Counted from the first letter of the stretch, positions 52,074 through 62,608 are shown. The stretch: 64,000 nucleotides of DNA from Clostridiales bacterium (GCA_004556925.1 SFFI01000009.1:11332-75331); one strand, 5' to 3'. A program made the numbers and translations. Notes: generated from the sequence alone by a model not told the origin.

Positions 52074-53645
52074 GTGATTGCCATAGAGTGGCTATTTTTA
52101 ATATTAGGCCTCGGTTTAGGGGCCGTTCTTGCATTTGTGATAACCCTTTCCTACCACAGGAAGGGCATAGATAAACTCAGTCAAAAGCTAGAAGAAGACC
52201 GCTTGAGGGTAAAAGCTGAGTCTGAAAAGATGGTGATAGACGCAGAGAAATCTGCGGAAAACCGCAAGCGCGAGCTGCTGATTCAAGCCAAAGAAGAGCT
52301 GCAACAAGCTAAATTGGACCTGGAGAGCGATGTCCGTGATAAGCGCCATGAACTCAAGAACGAAGAGAGCCGACTTCAACAGAAGCAGGATCAGTTGAAT
52401 AAAAAACTGAAGGAAGCTGAACATAAAAATAAAGATGCGGAAAACCGTTTACGGTCCGCGACTGAGCGAGAAGCACGCCTGGCCAATGCTGAAGAGGAAA
52501 AACGTTTAGAGTTAGAGCGCATAGCGGAACTGACCACTCAAGAAGCCAAAGATATTATCATGACCGATACGGAGGAAAACCTGCGGCATGATATGGCGGT
52601 CATGCTACGCCGGATGGAAGAAGAAGCCAATGAAACGGCAGACTTAAAAGCCAAGGAGATCATTGTTTCTTCCATACAGCGCTATGCTTCTGACTATGTT
52701 GGCGATGCAACGGTATCTGTAGTGTCACTGCCTAATGAGGAGATGAAAGGTCGCATCATTGGGCGCGAAGGTAGAAATATCCGCACGATTGAAAGCTTAA
52801 CGGGGGTAGATTTGATTATTGATGATACCCCTGAAGCGGTAATCCTCTCCAGTTTTGATCCCATCCGCCGGGAGATAGCCCGCATAGCTATTGAAAAACT
52901 AGTTTATGACGGCCGTATCCATCCCGCACGGATTGAGGAAATGGTGGAAAAGGCGAGAAAAGAAATTGACCAATCCATTAAAGAGGCGGGCGAACAAGCT
53001 GTGTTTGAGACTGGCGTCGTTGGCCTGCACCCAGAAATTGTCCGTTTGCTAGGCCGTATGAAATACCGCACCAGCTATGGACAGAATGTTTTGCGTCACT
53101 CCATTGAAGTGTGCCACCTCTCAGGGGCTATGGCAGCTGAGCTAGGGCTTGATGTCAGCCTCGCGAAACGCGCGGGCCTCCTGCATGACCTAGGCAAGGC
53201 AGTTGACTTTGAAATGGAAGGTTCTCACATTGAAATTGGGGCTGATATGGCGCGTAAGTACCACGAAAATGAAGTCGTACTTAACGCTATTGAGTCCCAC
53301 CATGGGGATGTAGAAGTGAACAACTTTATCTCCAGCCTGGTATGCGCGGCAGATGCCATATCTGCAGCACGTCCGGGAGCCCGCCATGAAAATGTGGAAA
53401 CGTATATTAAGCGCATTGAAAAACTGGAGGAAATTGCCAACTCCTTCGAAGGTGTGGAAAAGAGCTTTGCCGTGCAGGCTGGTCGGGAGATCAGAGTAAT
53501 GGTGCAGCCAGATAATGTGAAGGACGATGACATGATCTTAACTGCCCACGAAATGGCCAAGCAAATCGAATCTGAACTTAATTATCCGGGCCAAATTAAA
53601 GTCCAGCTAATTAGGGAAAGTCGTGTGGTAGACTATGCCAAATAG
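52074..53645 (+). CDS. rny: Ribonuclease Y
   Basis: N-terminal TM segment, Glu/Lys coiled coil, KH ([12 protein letters not shown]) and HD (LLHDLGKA) motifs. The exact start is uncertain because the GTG overlaps the SD. Confidence 0.9.
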   Translation: MIAIEWLFLILGLGLGAVLAFVITLSYHRKGIDKLSQKLEEDRLRVKAESEKMVIDAEKSAENRKRELLIQAKEELQQAKLDLESDVRDKRHELKNEESRLQQKQDQLNKKLKEAEHKNKDAENRLRSATEREARLANAEEEKRLELERIAELTTQEAKDIIMTDTEENLRHDMAVMLRRMEEEANETADLKAKEIIVSSIQRYASDYVGDATVSVVSLPNEEMKGRIIGREGRNIRTIESLTGVDLIIDDTPEAVILSSFDPIRREIARIAIEKLVYDGRIHPARIEEMVEKARKEIDQSIKEAGEQAVFETGVVGLHPEIVRLLGRMKYRTSYGQNVLRHSIEVCHLSGAMAAELGLDVSLAKRAGLLHDLGKAVDFEMEGSHIEIGADMARKYHENEVVLNAIESHHGDVEVNNFISSLVCAADAISAARPGARHENVETYIKRIEKLEEIANSFEGVEKSFAVQAGREIRVMVQPDNVKDDDMILTAHEMAKQIESELNYPGQIKVQLIRESRVVDYAK

Positions 53646-53672
53646 GCTTATCACATAGGAATTAAACAATCT

Positions 53673-53703
53673 GGGGCTGTCTCGCATGCGAGGCAGCCCC
53701 TTT
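53673..53703 (+). terminator. Rho-independent terminator after rny
   Basis: ggggctg (53673-79) pairs with cagcccc (53694-700) around an inner ctcgcatgcgag palindrome, followed by ttt. Confidence 0.65.
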
Positions 53704-53728
53704 AGCTTTCTATGCTAAAATGTAGCCT

Positions 53729-55600
53729 GTGAAAAGCGATAATCAAAACTTAAATGCAGATTCTGCTTTTTCCCTGCAGGCTAGGTCTGGAGCCAAGACC
53801 CTGCTGGCTGGTTTCTTGCTTATAGCTTGCCTGTTGGCTTTGCTTTGCCCCATGTGGCCACAGGATGTCAAGGCCCAGACGGTGGATGATAGCCTGCGCT
53901 TGGCTTGGCTAGACCGGACCAGCCTGAACCCCCTAGAAACCTTTGATTTTTCAGGCCAGGCTGCCATGAAGTTGGTTTATCGTGGCCTCTTTATGCTGGA
54001 TGATGCGGAAATGTTGCGGACTGACCTGGCCGAGGAGGCCAGTTGGTCGCCTGACCACTTCGCCTTAACCATTAAGTTGCGCAAGGATGCCTCTTTTAGC
54101 GACCGCAGCCCTCTAACCAGCCGAGATGCGGCCTTATCCATCCTTTACCGCCGCTATTACCTCCAGGCAAAGCTCCAGCGCGAAGCGATCCCTCCGGAGT
54201 ATTTGGGTACGGAACTTGAAGAACAATATGATCTTCCCTTACCTTCGCCCTGGGACTTTCTCGAAACGGCCGATCCCATGGAGCAAACAGGGGACCCTGA
54301 AACCCTAGAAGAAGATTTAGACCAGGAGGAAGACCAGGAAGAGGCCTTAGCAGAAGATCATATTGGAGAGGATCTTGGAGACCAGGAGGAAGGGGCTCCT
54401 GAAGATCAGGCGGGACAAATTTTTACTGCTGACTTGCAAGCCAGCTATCTTAATCAACTCGCGTCTGACCCCCTGGGTATCCAAGCCTATGAGGCGATTA
54501 AAGCTATTAAAATCCATGATCAATATAGCTTTACGATCCAGCTATCGCAAAGGGCCGAACGCTTGCCCTGGTTTCTTTGTTTCCCTTTGATTCCTGAGTC
54601 CTATCTGGAAAGCCACGATCTTACCCCTGTTCCAGGTGTAGGAAGCTATAAATTTGTCAAGGCTCAGGGGGAGGGAAGCAACTGGGAATTACATCCTGTA
54701 AGCGCCCGCTTCGGTGGCCCTAAGCTCTTGCTCAAATCTTATCCTGACTTCGATAGTGCTTTGGCTGACTTCAATCAAGACCATTTAGACTTACTCTTAG
54801 TACCAGCTTCCGACTATCTTAACTTGCGTCATCGCCAAGGCTTGAAGGCAGCGGTGGGGGAGAGCTTGGATTATTACCTGCTCCTTGCTGGCAGCGATCC
54901 GTCCTTCCCCCTGGCTGACCCGCAACTCTTTCGTGCCTTTCGACAGGCCCAACTTTTGAGTAGACAGGACCTTGATGCCTCTTCCTACCTCAATCTTCCC
55001 CACCGTGCCTCAGATTGGAGACAAGCCTATGCCCTCAGTGGGGACTTAGGCCAGACAGAGCTTCCTGACTTAAGTGAGGCAAGACGTCGGTTGACAGACC
55101 AAACGATTACCTTGGCTGCGGTTAGCAATTCTTACAACCGGAGCTTACTGGCAGAAATTAAGCAGATGCCCTTGCTCTCTTCCAGCCAGCTAGAAGTTGT
55201 ATGGCTACAAGCGGAGGACTTGCCGGCCTTTGCCGCTGCTGGTCGCTATGATCTCTTGCTCCTGGATGTTGAGCTTTCTCTGCCAACGGACCTGAGAACT
55301 CTGGTCTATGAACTTAACCAACTGGTCCCGGACCTTAATCTCAGGTTGCCAGACCTGGCTGCGGAAGGCTTGTTGCCTCCGGCCTATTTTTATGCATGGG
55401 ATCTGGAAACTGAGGACATCCCCTTGCAAGCGATTGAGTCGTCCTATCAGGCCTTAAGCTTTGCTCTAGAACGCAGCCGCGTTTTAGGCTTGGGCTTTGC
55501 TGGCCAAGCCCTGCTACGGGGACCACGCCTGGCTGGTCATCTTGCCGCGCCTGCTTGGGACCCGTATCGTTATATAACAGAGGTTACCTTATGCCCGTAA
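53729..55600 (+). CDS. Orphan family-5-like solute-binding protein (peptide/nickel SBP fold) with an acidic insertion
   Basis: LNPLETFDFSGQAAMKLVYRGLF...DLAEEASWSPDHFALTIKLRKDASFSDRSPLTSRDA matches the SBP_bac_5 N-terminal pattern. No permease or ATPase genes are adjacent. Confidence 0.55.
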   Translation: MKSDNQNLNADSAFSLQARSGAKTLLAGFLLIACLLALLCPMWPQDVKAQTVDDSLRLAWLDRTSLNPLETFDFSGQAAMKLVYRGLFMLDDAEMLRTDLAEEASWSPDHFALTIKLRKDASFSDRSPLTSRDAALSILYRRYYLQAKLQREAIPPEYLGTELEEQYDLPLPSPWDFLETADPMEQTGDPETLEEDLDQEEDQEEALAEDHIGEDLGDQEEGAPEDQAGQIFTADLQASYLNQLASDPLGIQAYEAIKAIKIHDQYSFTIQLSQRAERLPWFLCFPLIPESYLESHDLTPVPGVGSYKFVKAQGEGSNWELHPVSARFGGPKLLLKSYPDFDSALADFNQDHLDLLLVPASDYLNLRHRQGLKAAVGESLDYYLLLAGSDPSFPLADPQLFRAFRQAQLLSRQDLDASSYLNLPHRASDWRQAYALSGDLGQTELPDLSEARRRLTDQTITLAAVSNSYNRSLLAEIKQMPLLSSSQLEVVWLQAEDLPAFAAAGRYDLLLLDVELSLPTDLRTLVYELNQLVPDLNLRLPDLAAEGLLPPAYFYAWDLETEDIPLQAIESSYQALSFALERSRVLGLGFAGQALLRGPRLAGHLAAPAWDPYRYITEVTLCP

Positions 55601-56097
55601 GCTTTTTGATTTTGCTCATCTTAGCCGTGGATCTCCTCAGCAAGTATCTGGTTCGTGCCTATTTAGCGGGCGGTCCACCTATTTCCGTGATAGGGGAGTT
55701 TTTTACCCTGACCTATGTGGAAAATTCTGGCGCAGCTTTCGGCCTTTTAAGCCAGAAAGCTTACGGGCCAGCCATTCTACTCTTTTTTGCCTTGCTCTTT
55801 ACTCTAGGGCTTATCTATCTCTTAAGACAACTACAGTACGAGCCGCTGCGCTGGGGGCTGGCCTTAGTGATTGCCGGCAGTTTGGGCAATGCACTGGATC
55901 GTGCCTTGCGCGGTTTTGTGACAGACTTTTTGACTTTTAAGTTCGGCGACTGGTATTTTCCCAGCTTCAATATTGCAGATTCTGCTATTGTCATCGGCTG
56001 TATTCTCTTAGCGGCTCTCATCCTTTGGGACCATCAGGCGCAGGCAGAATTGGAAGCTATCTTTGTCCAGGACAAAAAGGGGCCAAGGCATGGCTAA
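55591..56097 (+). CDS. lspA: Lipoprotein signal peptidase II
   Basis: VENSGAAFG, GNALDR and FNIADSAI motifs. ATG at 55591. Confidence 0.9.
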   Translation: MPVSFLILLILAVDLLSKYLVRAYLAGGPPISVIGEFFTLTYVENSGAAFGLLSQKAYGPAILLFFALLFTLGLIYLLRQLQYEPLRWGLALVIAGSLGNALDRALRGFVTDFLTFKFGDWYFPSFNIADSAIVIGCILLAALILWDHQAQAELEAIFVQDKKGPRHG

Positions 56098-57019
56098 AAC
56101 ACCAGCTTGGCAAGACCTCAAAGTAACTGAGAGCGGGGCCCGTTTGGATAAATATCTGGCTGATCAGCTGGCGGACTTTTCCCGGACTGCCGCCCAAAAA
56201 TTGATTGCAGAAGGCCAGGTTACGGTGAACGACCAAGAGCCCAAGGCGTCCTATCTGGTCCAAGTGGGAGATCACATCCGCTATGCCCGCCATTTGCCCC
56301 AGGTCCTAGAAGCTGCCCACGGAGAAGATATTCCCTTAGATATAGTCTATGAGGATGAAGATTTTCTGGTGGTCAATAAGGCGCGCGGTATGGTGGTCCA
56401 TCCAGCTGCGGGAAATTGGGAGGGCACCTTGGTGAATGCTTTAATCTATTACTTAGGTCAGGCATACACCCAGGGGCAAGATCCCTTGCGGCCTGGTATT
56501 GTCCATCGTTTGGACAAGGATACGACTGGTCTGCTTTTAGTGGCCAAAAACGAACGTATGCGCAGAAGCCTTTCTCAGATGATTAAGGACCGTCAAGTAT
56601 CTCGAACCTATCAGGCCTTGGTTTGGGGACATCCTGCCTCGCGGACGGGCCTCATATCTGCGCCTTTGGGCCGAGATCCCAAAGACCGGAAAAAGATCGC
56701 GGTTATCGACCGAGGCCGGCCAGCGCGTACTCATTTTGAGGTCCTCCAAACCTATCCCCAAGGCGCAGAGTTGGAACTGCATTTGGAGACAGGGCGAACC
56801 CATCAGATCCGTGTGCACCTGGCTTACATTAATCTTCCAGTTGTGGGCGATCCCAGCTATGGCCTTAGCAGACGTGATACTTTGGGCTTGGCGGGACAGG
56901 CGCTTCATGCCTGCCGGCTGGCCTTTAAGGACCCGCGCACGCAAGAACCCTTGGTTTTTTCTGCCCCGGCCCCGGAGGATTATCTTGAGGCACGCAGGTT
57001 ATTGGAAGACTGGGCATAG
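56090..57019 (+). CDS. rluD: 23S rRNA pseudouridine synthase RluD
   Basis: S4 domain (RLDKYLA), HRLDKDTTGLLLVAK and GRTHQIRVH motifs. Overlaps lspA by 8 nt. Confidence 0.9.
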   Translation: MAKTPAWQDLKVTESGARLDKYLADQLADFSRTAAQKLIAEGQVTVNDQEPKASYLVQVGDHIRYARHLPQVLEAAHGEDIPLDIVYEDEDFLVVNKARGMVVHPAAGNWEGTLVNALIYYLGQAYTQGQDPLRPGIVHRLDKDTTGLLLVAKNERMRRSLSQMIKDRQVSRTYQALVWGHPASRTGLISAPLGRDPKDRKKIAVIDRGRPARTHFEVLQTYPQGAELELHLETGRTHQIRVHLAYINLPVVGDPSYGLSRRDTLGLAGQALHACRLAFKDPRTQEPLVFSAPAPEDYLEARRLLEDWA

Positions 57020-57074
57020 CCCGGTAAGTGGTTAGGAATGTTATAATCAGGGAATATCAGGCTAAAGAGGTTAT

Positions 57075-58073
57075 ATGCAAAAAACGATATTTTTAGATAA
57101 TCCCCAAGAAATCTCGGTCCTCCTAGGCGCGCTCAATAAGTTCGCCAATATAGTGGACCAGGCTTTTGGCGTCAACAGCCAAGAAAGCAGAGATGGGCTG
57201 GTCGTCGAGGGCGAAGAGCTTGCGGTGAGCCAAGCTGCTGCCGTATGGCAGGGCTTGCTGCAGAGCTATCGGCAGGAAGGCCAGCTTTCAGAGCGCATGG
57301 TCCAGCATCTCGTTTCCTTGGCAGAAGACCGTGACGGGCCTGTCCATTTTTTACCGGGCCAAGATGTTTTATGTGTATCGGCCAAGGGTCGGCCTGTCAG
57401 GGCCAAGACCCCTGGCCAGTCTCAATATGCCAAGGCTATTCAACAGCGAGAACTGGTATTTGCCATAGGACCTGCGGGCACAGGCAAGACATTTTTAGCC
57501 GTGGCGATGGCGGTGCGGGCCTTCCGCAACCATGAGGTTTCCCGGATTATCCTAACTCGGCCCGCGGTTGAGGCAGGGGAAAACTTAGGCTTCTTGCCCG
57601 GGGATCTGCAAAGTAAGGTGGATCCCTATATGCGACCGCTCTATGATTCACTTTATGACCTCATGGGGGCCGACCAATTTAATCGTAATCTGGAAAAAGG
57701 GAGTATTGAAATTTCGCCCCTGGCCTACATGCGCGGACGTACCTTGGATGACGCCTTCATCATTCTCGACGAAGCTCAAAATACTAGCCCGGAGCAAATG
57801 AAGATGTTTCTCACCCGCATTGGCTTCCACTCACAGGCTGTCGTAACAGGAGACGTTACACAGATTGACCTGCCCAGAGAAAAACGTTCTGGCCTCCTTG
57901 ATATGAAGCGTATTCTGGCGCCCCTAAAGGAAGTTGCTTTTATCGAGATGGATAAGGGTGATGTGGTGAGAAACCCCTTGGTCAAGAAAATTGTCGCCGC
58001 TTACGAAGCGGATGAAATACATCGACAAAAAGGCCCATATCAGCAGAAATGGGTAAAAGATAATGGCAGATAA
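57075..58073 (+). CDS. phoH: PhoH-family ATPase (YbeZ-like)
   Basis: GPAGTGKTFLAVA, LTRPAVEAGE.LGFLPGD and ILDEAQN motifs. Confidence 0.9.
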   Translation: MQKTIFLDNPQEISVLLGALNKFANIVDQAFGVNSQESRDGLVVEGEELAVSQAAAVWQGLLQSYRQEGQLSERMVQHLVSLAEDRDGPVHFLPGQDVLCVSAKGRPVRAKTPGQSQYAKAIQQRELVFAIGPAGTGKTFLAVAMAVRAFRNHEVSRIILTRPAVEAGENLGFLPGDLQSKVDPYMRPLYDSLYDLMGADQFNRNLEKGSIEISPLAYMRGRTLDDAFIILDEAQNTSPEQMKMFLTRIGFHSQAVVTGDVTQIDLPREKRSGLLDMKRILAPLKEVAFIEMDKGDVVRNPLVKKIVAAYEADEIHRQKGPYQQKWVKDNGR

Positions 58074-60210
58074 GGGAAAAAATAAAGCTCGTCAATGGAC
58101 GGGTCCGTTAATTTTTATGGGGATTTTTCTGGTCACCTTGATTTTACTGTATCTTGGTTCCAGACCGCCCCAGTATGAACTCGAGATTAATGTGGTGAGC
58201 CCATACGACATTGAGGCCCCGCGTTCGGTAGTTAACCGCAATGAAACTGAAAAGCGCGCGATGGAAGCCCAAAGTCTGGTCGCAGATATTTATACGCGAT
58301 CAGATGACTTAAGTGCGGAAGCTTTAAGGCGGGTGCAAGACTTTGCAGAAGCGGTGGATGCCTCCTACCAAGCCTTACGGACCAAACAAGAAAGCCCAAG
58401 CAGGACCCAGGTGATCAAGCCCAGTGAGCTGGATAAGTCTAGCGAGGCGCTACAGAATCAACTCGTGGAAGAGCTGGGTTGCGACTTTGAGCTCGAAGAC
58501 CTCAAACAAGTCTTGCACATGTCTTCAAGTCGTTATGCGACCTTCAAAAATCGCTTGCACTTAACGGCGAATAGCCTGATGGCCGAAGCAGTAGATGAAA
58601 CGGAATTGAGCTTCCGCATCCGGGATTACTTAAATAAACTGAGTGCCAGAGAAGCCCACTATAAGTCTGATCTTGTCCTCATCCGTACCTTTCTGGAACA
58701 AACCTTACAGGGCAACGTGCTCTATAACGAAGAAGCCACACTTAATGCCCGGCAAGATGCCTATGAGCGCGTCCTCCAAAATCCCATCTTGGTTAACCGG
58801 GGGGCAAGACTTATTTCCTCAGGTGAATTGGTCACAGAAGATGTCTATGCTCTCTTACAGGAATTGAAGCTCGTGGAAGTGGACAGCCTGGACTATTCCG
58901 CCTTAGCGGGTTTGAGTCTCATGATTTTAGTAGTCCTGCTCATATTAAGTCTCTATATGCACATTTATGAGCATGACACGGTGGGCTTTAACAAGCGCTT
59001 CTTGGCGCTGACTCTGGCTTGCCTGATTCCCTTGCTGGTAGCAGCGTATTTGGGCCAAGACTACCAAGTGATCCCGCCGGTTTATTTTACAGCAGTTATC
59101 CTATCTGCTTACTTTTCCTTCCAGACTGCCCTAGTCTTTACCATGGCGCTTATTGTTATTACCTTGCCCCTGGTTAATTTCAACCCAGCCTTCTTTGCAG
59201 TAGCCATCTGCGGAAGCCTTTTGGCTGCTCACTACGCCCGCAATCACTTGGTCCAGGAATTTTTTGCCAAGCTTTTGGTCCTGCTAACCCTGGTAAACTT
59301 TGCAGCTAGTTTAGGTTACAGCCTGCTACAAGATACCGGACTTGCAAGCTCAGGTTTCATGATCTTGTCCTCGGTGCTGTCTGCTGTACTTTCCGTTATC
59401 GCTGCTGTCGGCCTCCTGCCCGTGTTTGAGCTCCTCTTTAATGATGTGTCCCCAGCGAGCCTGGTAGAACTCTCTCAACCGGGACAGCCGCTTATCCGCC
59501 GGCTTTTCTTGGAGGCCCCTGGTACCTCTCAGCACTCCATGATGGTAGCCAATCTGGCCGATGCGGGCGCAGAGGCCATTGGCGCCAATGCTTTGATTTG
59601 CCGGGCGGGCTCCTATTACCATGATATTGGTAAACTGCGCAATCCTTTGTACTTTACGGAAAATCAAACCGACTACAACCCGCACGACGAGCTAACGGCT
59701 GCAGAAAGCACGGAAATTATTACCCGGCACACGTTAGATGGACTTGAAATGAGTAAAAAGTATCGCTTGCCCAAATCTATTTTAGAGATTGTCGTGGAGC
59801 ACCACGGGACGACTGTCTTGGGCTATTTCTACAGTAAAGCCAAAAAAGAAGCCGAAGAACAGGGCTTGCCTGTCCCTGATCCGGCGGACTTCCGCTACAA
59901 GGGCCCGCTGCCATCTACCCCGGAATCAGCAGTGGTGATGCTTGCAGATTCCACGGAGGCTGCGATTAAGTCTCTCAAGTCCCGCACGATGGAAGATGCA
60001 GATGAAATGATGCGGTCAGTCTTCCGCATCAAGCTGGAACAGAACCAACTCAAGAACTCTGGCCTGAAATTTTCCGATATTGAGAAAATTCAAAAAGCCT
60101 TCATGCAGGTTTATTCAGGTCATTTCCATGAAAGGGTAGAGTATCCCAAAGATGAGCCTAAAGACGACAATTATCAAGCGGCAGCGCCAGCCTCAACTCG
60201 AAGCATCTAG
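58063..60210 (+). CDS. pgpH: 7TM-HD membrane phosphohydrolase (PgpH/YqfF family, cyclic-di-AMP phosphodiesterase type)
   Basis: Extracellular N-domain, seven hydrophobic segments, and a C-terminal HD domain (HSMMVANLA...YYHDIGK...HHG). Confidence 0.85.
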   Translation: MADKGKNKARQWTGPLIFMGIFLVTLILLYLGSRPPQYELEINVVSPYDIEAPRSVVNRNETEKRAMEAQSLVADIYTRSDDLSAEALRRVQDFAEAVDASYQALRTKQESPSRTQVIKPSELDKSSEALQNQLVEELGCDFELEDLKQVLHMSSSRYATFKNRLHLTANSLMAEAVDETELSFRIRDYLNKLSAREAHYKSDLVLIRTFLEQTLQGNVLYNEEATLNARQDAYERVLQNPILVNRGARLISSGELVTEDVYALLQELKLVEVDSLDYSALAGLSLMILVVLLILSLYMHIYEHDTVGFNKRFLALTLACLIPLLVAAYLGQDYQVIPPVYFTAVILSAYFSFQTALVFTMALIVITLPLVNFNPAFFAVAICGSLLAAHYARNHLVQEFFAKLLVLLTLVNFAASLGYSLLQDTGLASSGFMILSSVLSAVLSVIAAVGLLPVFELLFNDVSPASLVELSQPGQPLIRRLFLEAPGTSQHSMMVANLADAGAEAIGANALICRAGSYYHDIGKLRNPLYFTENQTDYNPHDELTAAESTEIITRHTLDGLEMSKKYRLPKSILEIVVEHHGTTVLGYFYSKAKKEAEEQGLPVPDPADFRYKGPLPSTPESAVVMLADSTEAAIKSLKSRTMEDADEMMRSVFRIKLEQNQLKNSGLKFSDIEKIQKAFMQVYSGHFHERVEYPKDEPKDDNYQAAAPASTRSI

Positions 60211-61789
60211 CGAAAATAGGATTGAGGCGGCCTTAACGCGGGCCTTTGAGTTAGCTTTCGACACAGAACAAGAGCTTGATCTGCCTCCCTTAGGCTCCCA
60301 GGGTGGGGAGGAGACTCCCAACCCGGCCGGACTTAGCCCGGACTTCCGCCTTTGCCTATCCTTTATCTCCCCCGCGCGCATCCAGGAAATCAATGCGGAA
60401 CAAAGAGGCCTTGATCAAGTCACAGATGTCTTATCCTTTCCCCTCTTACATTTTTTAGAAGGTAGCCTGCAAGAGCCCTTGGGTTTCCAGGACCTTTTGG
60501 ACCCTACTGCCCCTGAACCGGAAGTCTTGCTGGGGGATATCCTGATTTGTCCAGCGCGCGCTGCTGACCAGGCCGAGGTTTATGGCCACAGCCTGGAGCG
60601 CGAACTCGCCTTCCTGGCTGTGCATGGTCTCCTCCATCTCCTGGGTTATGACCATGAAGAACCAGAAGCTGAGCGGCGGATGCGGAGTCTACAGTCTCAG
60701 GCCCTGACCGATGTAGGCCTAGGTGTGAGTCCTGGTGATGAGGAGCCCTTAGCAGATCATCAGGAGGAGGCACAAAGACCTGGGCCAACAGCTCCCGCTG
60801 AAGATGACCTGGCTGAACTCTTGGCCCAGGCTGGGCTTGGCGTAAACGCTTGCTCCGGCCCGCCCATTAAGAAGGCAGGCTTTATTGCCCTGCTAGGCCG
60901 GCCCAATGTGGGAAAATCTACCCTGCTCAACTATCTCTTAGGGTCCGAGCTTGCCATCACCTCCTATAAACCCCAGACCACCCGGACCATGATCCGGGGC
61001 GTCTTAGAGGATGAGGGGGCGCAAATGGTCTTTTTAGATACGCCAGGCATTCATCCGACCAAGCATAGCTTGGACCGCTATATGAGCAAGGCCATCAGTG
61101 TCGCTATGTCAGAAGCGGACATATTCCTCCTGCTGATTGATGCCCGCTTTAAAGCTCGGGTTGAAGACGAGGAACGCCGTTTAGCGCAGTACGCTAAGGA
61201 TCGGGGCAAAACGCTCTTCCTATTGCTGAACAAGGCGGACTTAGCAGGAGCAGACCAAGTCCTGCCCCTGATACAGGTTTTTGCTCAAACCCTAGCCATT
61301 GACGAGATAATCCCTCTTTCTGCCAAGACGGGGGAGGGCGTGGACATCCTCCTGGAACAGATTAAGGCCTACCTCCCTCAGCAAGGTCCAATTTTCCAGA
61401 GTGAGGACTATACCAACCAAACCGAGGCCAGCCTAGCCGCAGAGCTGATCCGCCAGCAGGTTCTCTTGCAGATGCAAGAAGAAATCCCCCATGGCACAGC
61501 CGTGAAGATAATGGAATTCCAGGAGCTTCCTGGCCCTGAAGCGCAAGAAGACCAGGTGCGGATTGCCGCAGAAATTATTTGCGATCGGCCTGGACACAAG
61601 GCCATGCTCCTGGGTAAGGGCGGGGCGAGAATCAAGGCGATCCGTCAAAGATCCCAAAGAGAGATTAGCCGGGTCCTCGGTGTCAAATGTCACTTGTCTT
61701 TATATGTCAGAGTGAAGGTAGGCTGGCGTGACCGCCAGCCGGACCTCGTTGACCTAGGCTATAAAATTCAAGACTTAGATATTAATTAA
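60152..61789 (+). CDS. Fusion protein: YbeY endoribonuclease (N-terminal) + GTPase Era (C-terminal)
   Basis: One 545-aa ORF. YbeY motif AVHGLLHLLGYDHE (~60622-60657). About 55-aa acidic/Pro linker. Era P-loop GRPNVGKST (~60896-60919), DTPG, NKAD and a KH domain. Confidence 0.85.
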   Translation: MSLKTTIIKRQRQPQLEASSENRIEAALTRAFELAFDTEQELDLPPLGSQGGEETPNPAGLSPDFRLCLSFISPARIQEINAEQRGLDQVTDVLSFPLLHFLEGSLQEPLGFQDLLDPTAPEPEVLLGDILICPARAADQAEVYGHSLERELAFLAVHGLLHLLGYDHEEPEAERRMRSLQSQALTDVGLGVSPGDEEPLADHQEEAQRPGPTAPAEDDLAELLAQAGLGVNACSGPPIKKAGFIALLGRPNVGKSTLLNYLLGSELAITSYKPQTTRTMIRGVLEDEGAQMVFLDTPGIHPTKHSLDRYMSKAISVAMSEADIFLLLIDARFKARVEDEERRLAQYAKDRGKTLFLLLNKADLAGADQVLPLIQVFAQTLAIDEIIPLSAKTGEGVDILLEQIKAYLPQQGPIFQSEDYTNQTEASLAAELIRQQVLLQMQEEIPHGTAVKIMEFQELPGPEAQEDQVRIAAEIICDRPGHKAMLLGKGGARIKAIRQRSQREISRVLGVKCHLSLYVRVKVGWRDRQPDLVDLGYKIQDLDIN

Positions 61790-62608
61790 ATGTCTCACCA
61801 ATCACGCCGCGCTTTTGTACTCCGCGTGGTCCCTTATGGGGAAAACCGGCGGATGCTGGATCTCTTGACCAAGGAAGGGGAGATCATAAGCTTGTCCTGC
61901 CATAAGACCAGCAAGATGAGTGCGGTCAACATTTTAAGCCAGCCTTTTATTTTGGCGGATTTTGAGCTTTTCTATTACAAGTGCCGTTATAGCTTAAATG
62001 GGGGGGAGCTAGTCTACCCCTTTACAGGATTACAGACGGACTTTGACCGCATGACGGCCTTGGCACACCTGGCTGAGCTTTACCTGGATGCTCTCAAATC
62101 TCAGGCCGCCCAACCCCAAGCTTATGAGCTTTGGGCCTATACAGCTAGCCGCATTGAAAAATCTGCCCAGCCCCTCCTAGACGTGCGCATCAGTCAATTG
62201 AAATTTCTCTGCCTGCTAGGCTTTATGCCCTGGCTTTTTGATTGTGTAACCTGTCACCGGCCCTATGAAACCGGGATGGTTTTTAACTTCAAGCTTTCTG
62301 GCCTAGAATGTCCCTATCGCCACCAGAGACCTGCTGAGTTTCCGGCCCCAAGCTGTTCCGTGTCACCGGGCCTCTTGGCAACCCTGCGCTATATTGTGCA
62401 GTCCGACTTGCCCAGCTTGTTTCAATTTCAAATAACGCCAGATCTAGAGGCTGATTTGTTGGCCTTTTCAGATGCTTATCTGGAGCAGATTATGGAGAAA
62501 AGCTACAAGCGCCTGTCCCTCAGCCAAGAAGCAGAGGCCTTCAGCCAGCAATTAGCCCAAGCACGCCGCCAACCACAGACTAAGCCAGAAAGCAGAGCAG
62601 AGGGTTAA
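61790..62608 (+). CDS. recO: DNA repair protein RecO
   Basis: OB-fold N-terminus (AFVLRVVPYGENRRMLDLLT), Cys motif CVTCHRP. Conserved position after era. Confidence 0.85.
   Translation: MSHQSRRAFVLRVVPYGENRRMLDLLTKEGEIISLSCHKTSKMSAVNILSQPFILADFELFYYKCRYSLNGGELVYPFTGLQTDFDRMTALAHLAELYLDALKSQAAQPQAYELWAYTASRIEKSAQPLLDVRISQLKFLCLLGFMPWLFDCVTCHRPYETGMVFNFKLSGLECPYRHQRPAEFPAPSCSVSPGLLATLRYIVQSDLPSLFQFQITPDLEADLLAFSDAYLEQIMEKSYKRLSLSQEAEAFSQQLAQARRQPQTKPESRAEG

Noticed and set aside
53729-53860. Lipoprotein signal (LIAC lipobox) on the SBP-like protein just upstream of lspA
   Set aside because: The Cys sits in the middle of a continuous hydrophobic stretch (LLAGFLLIACLLALLCPMW). This is more consistent with a TM anchor than with a cleavable lipobox.
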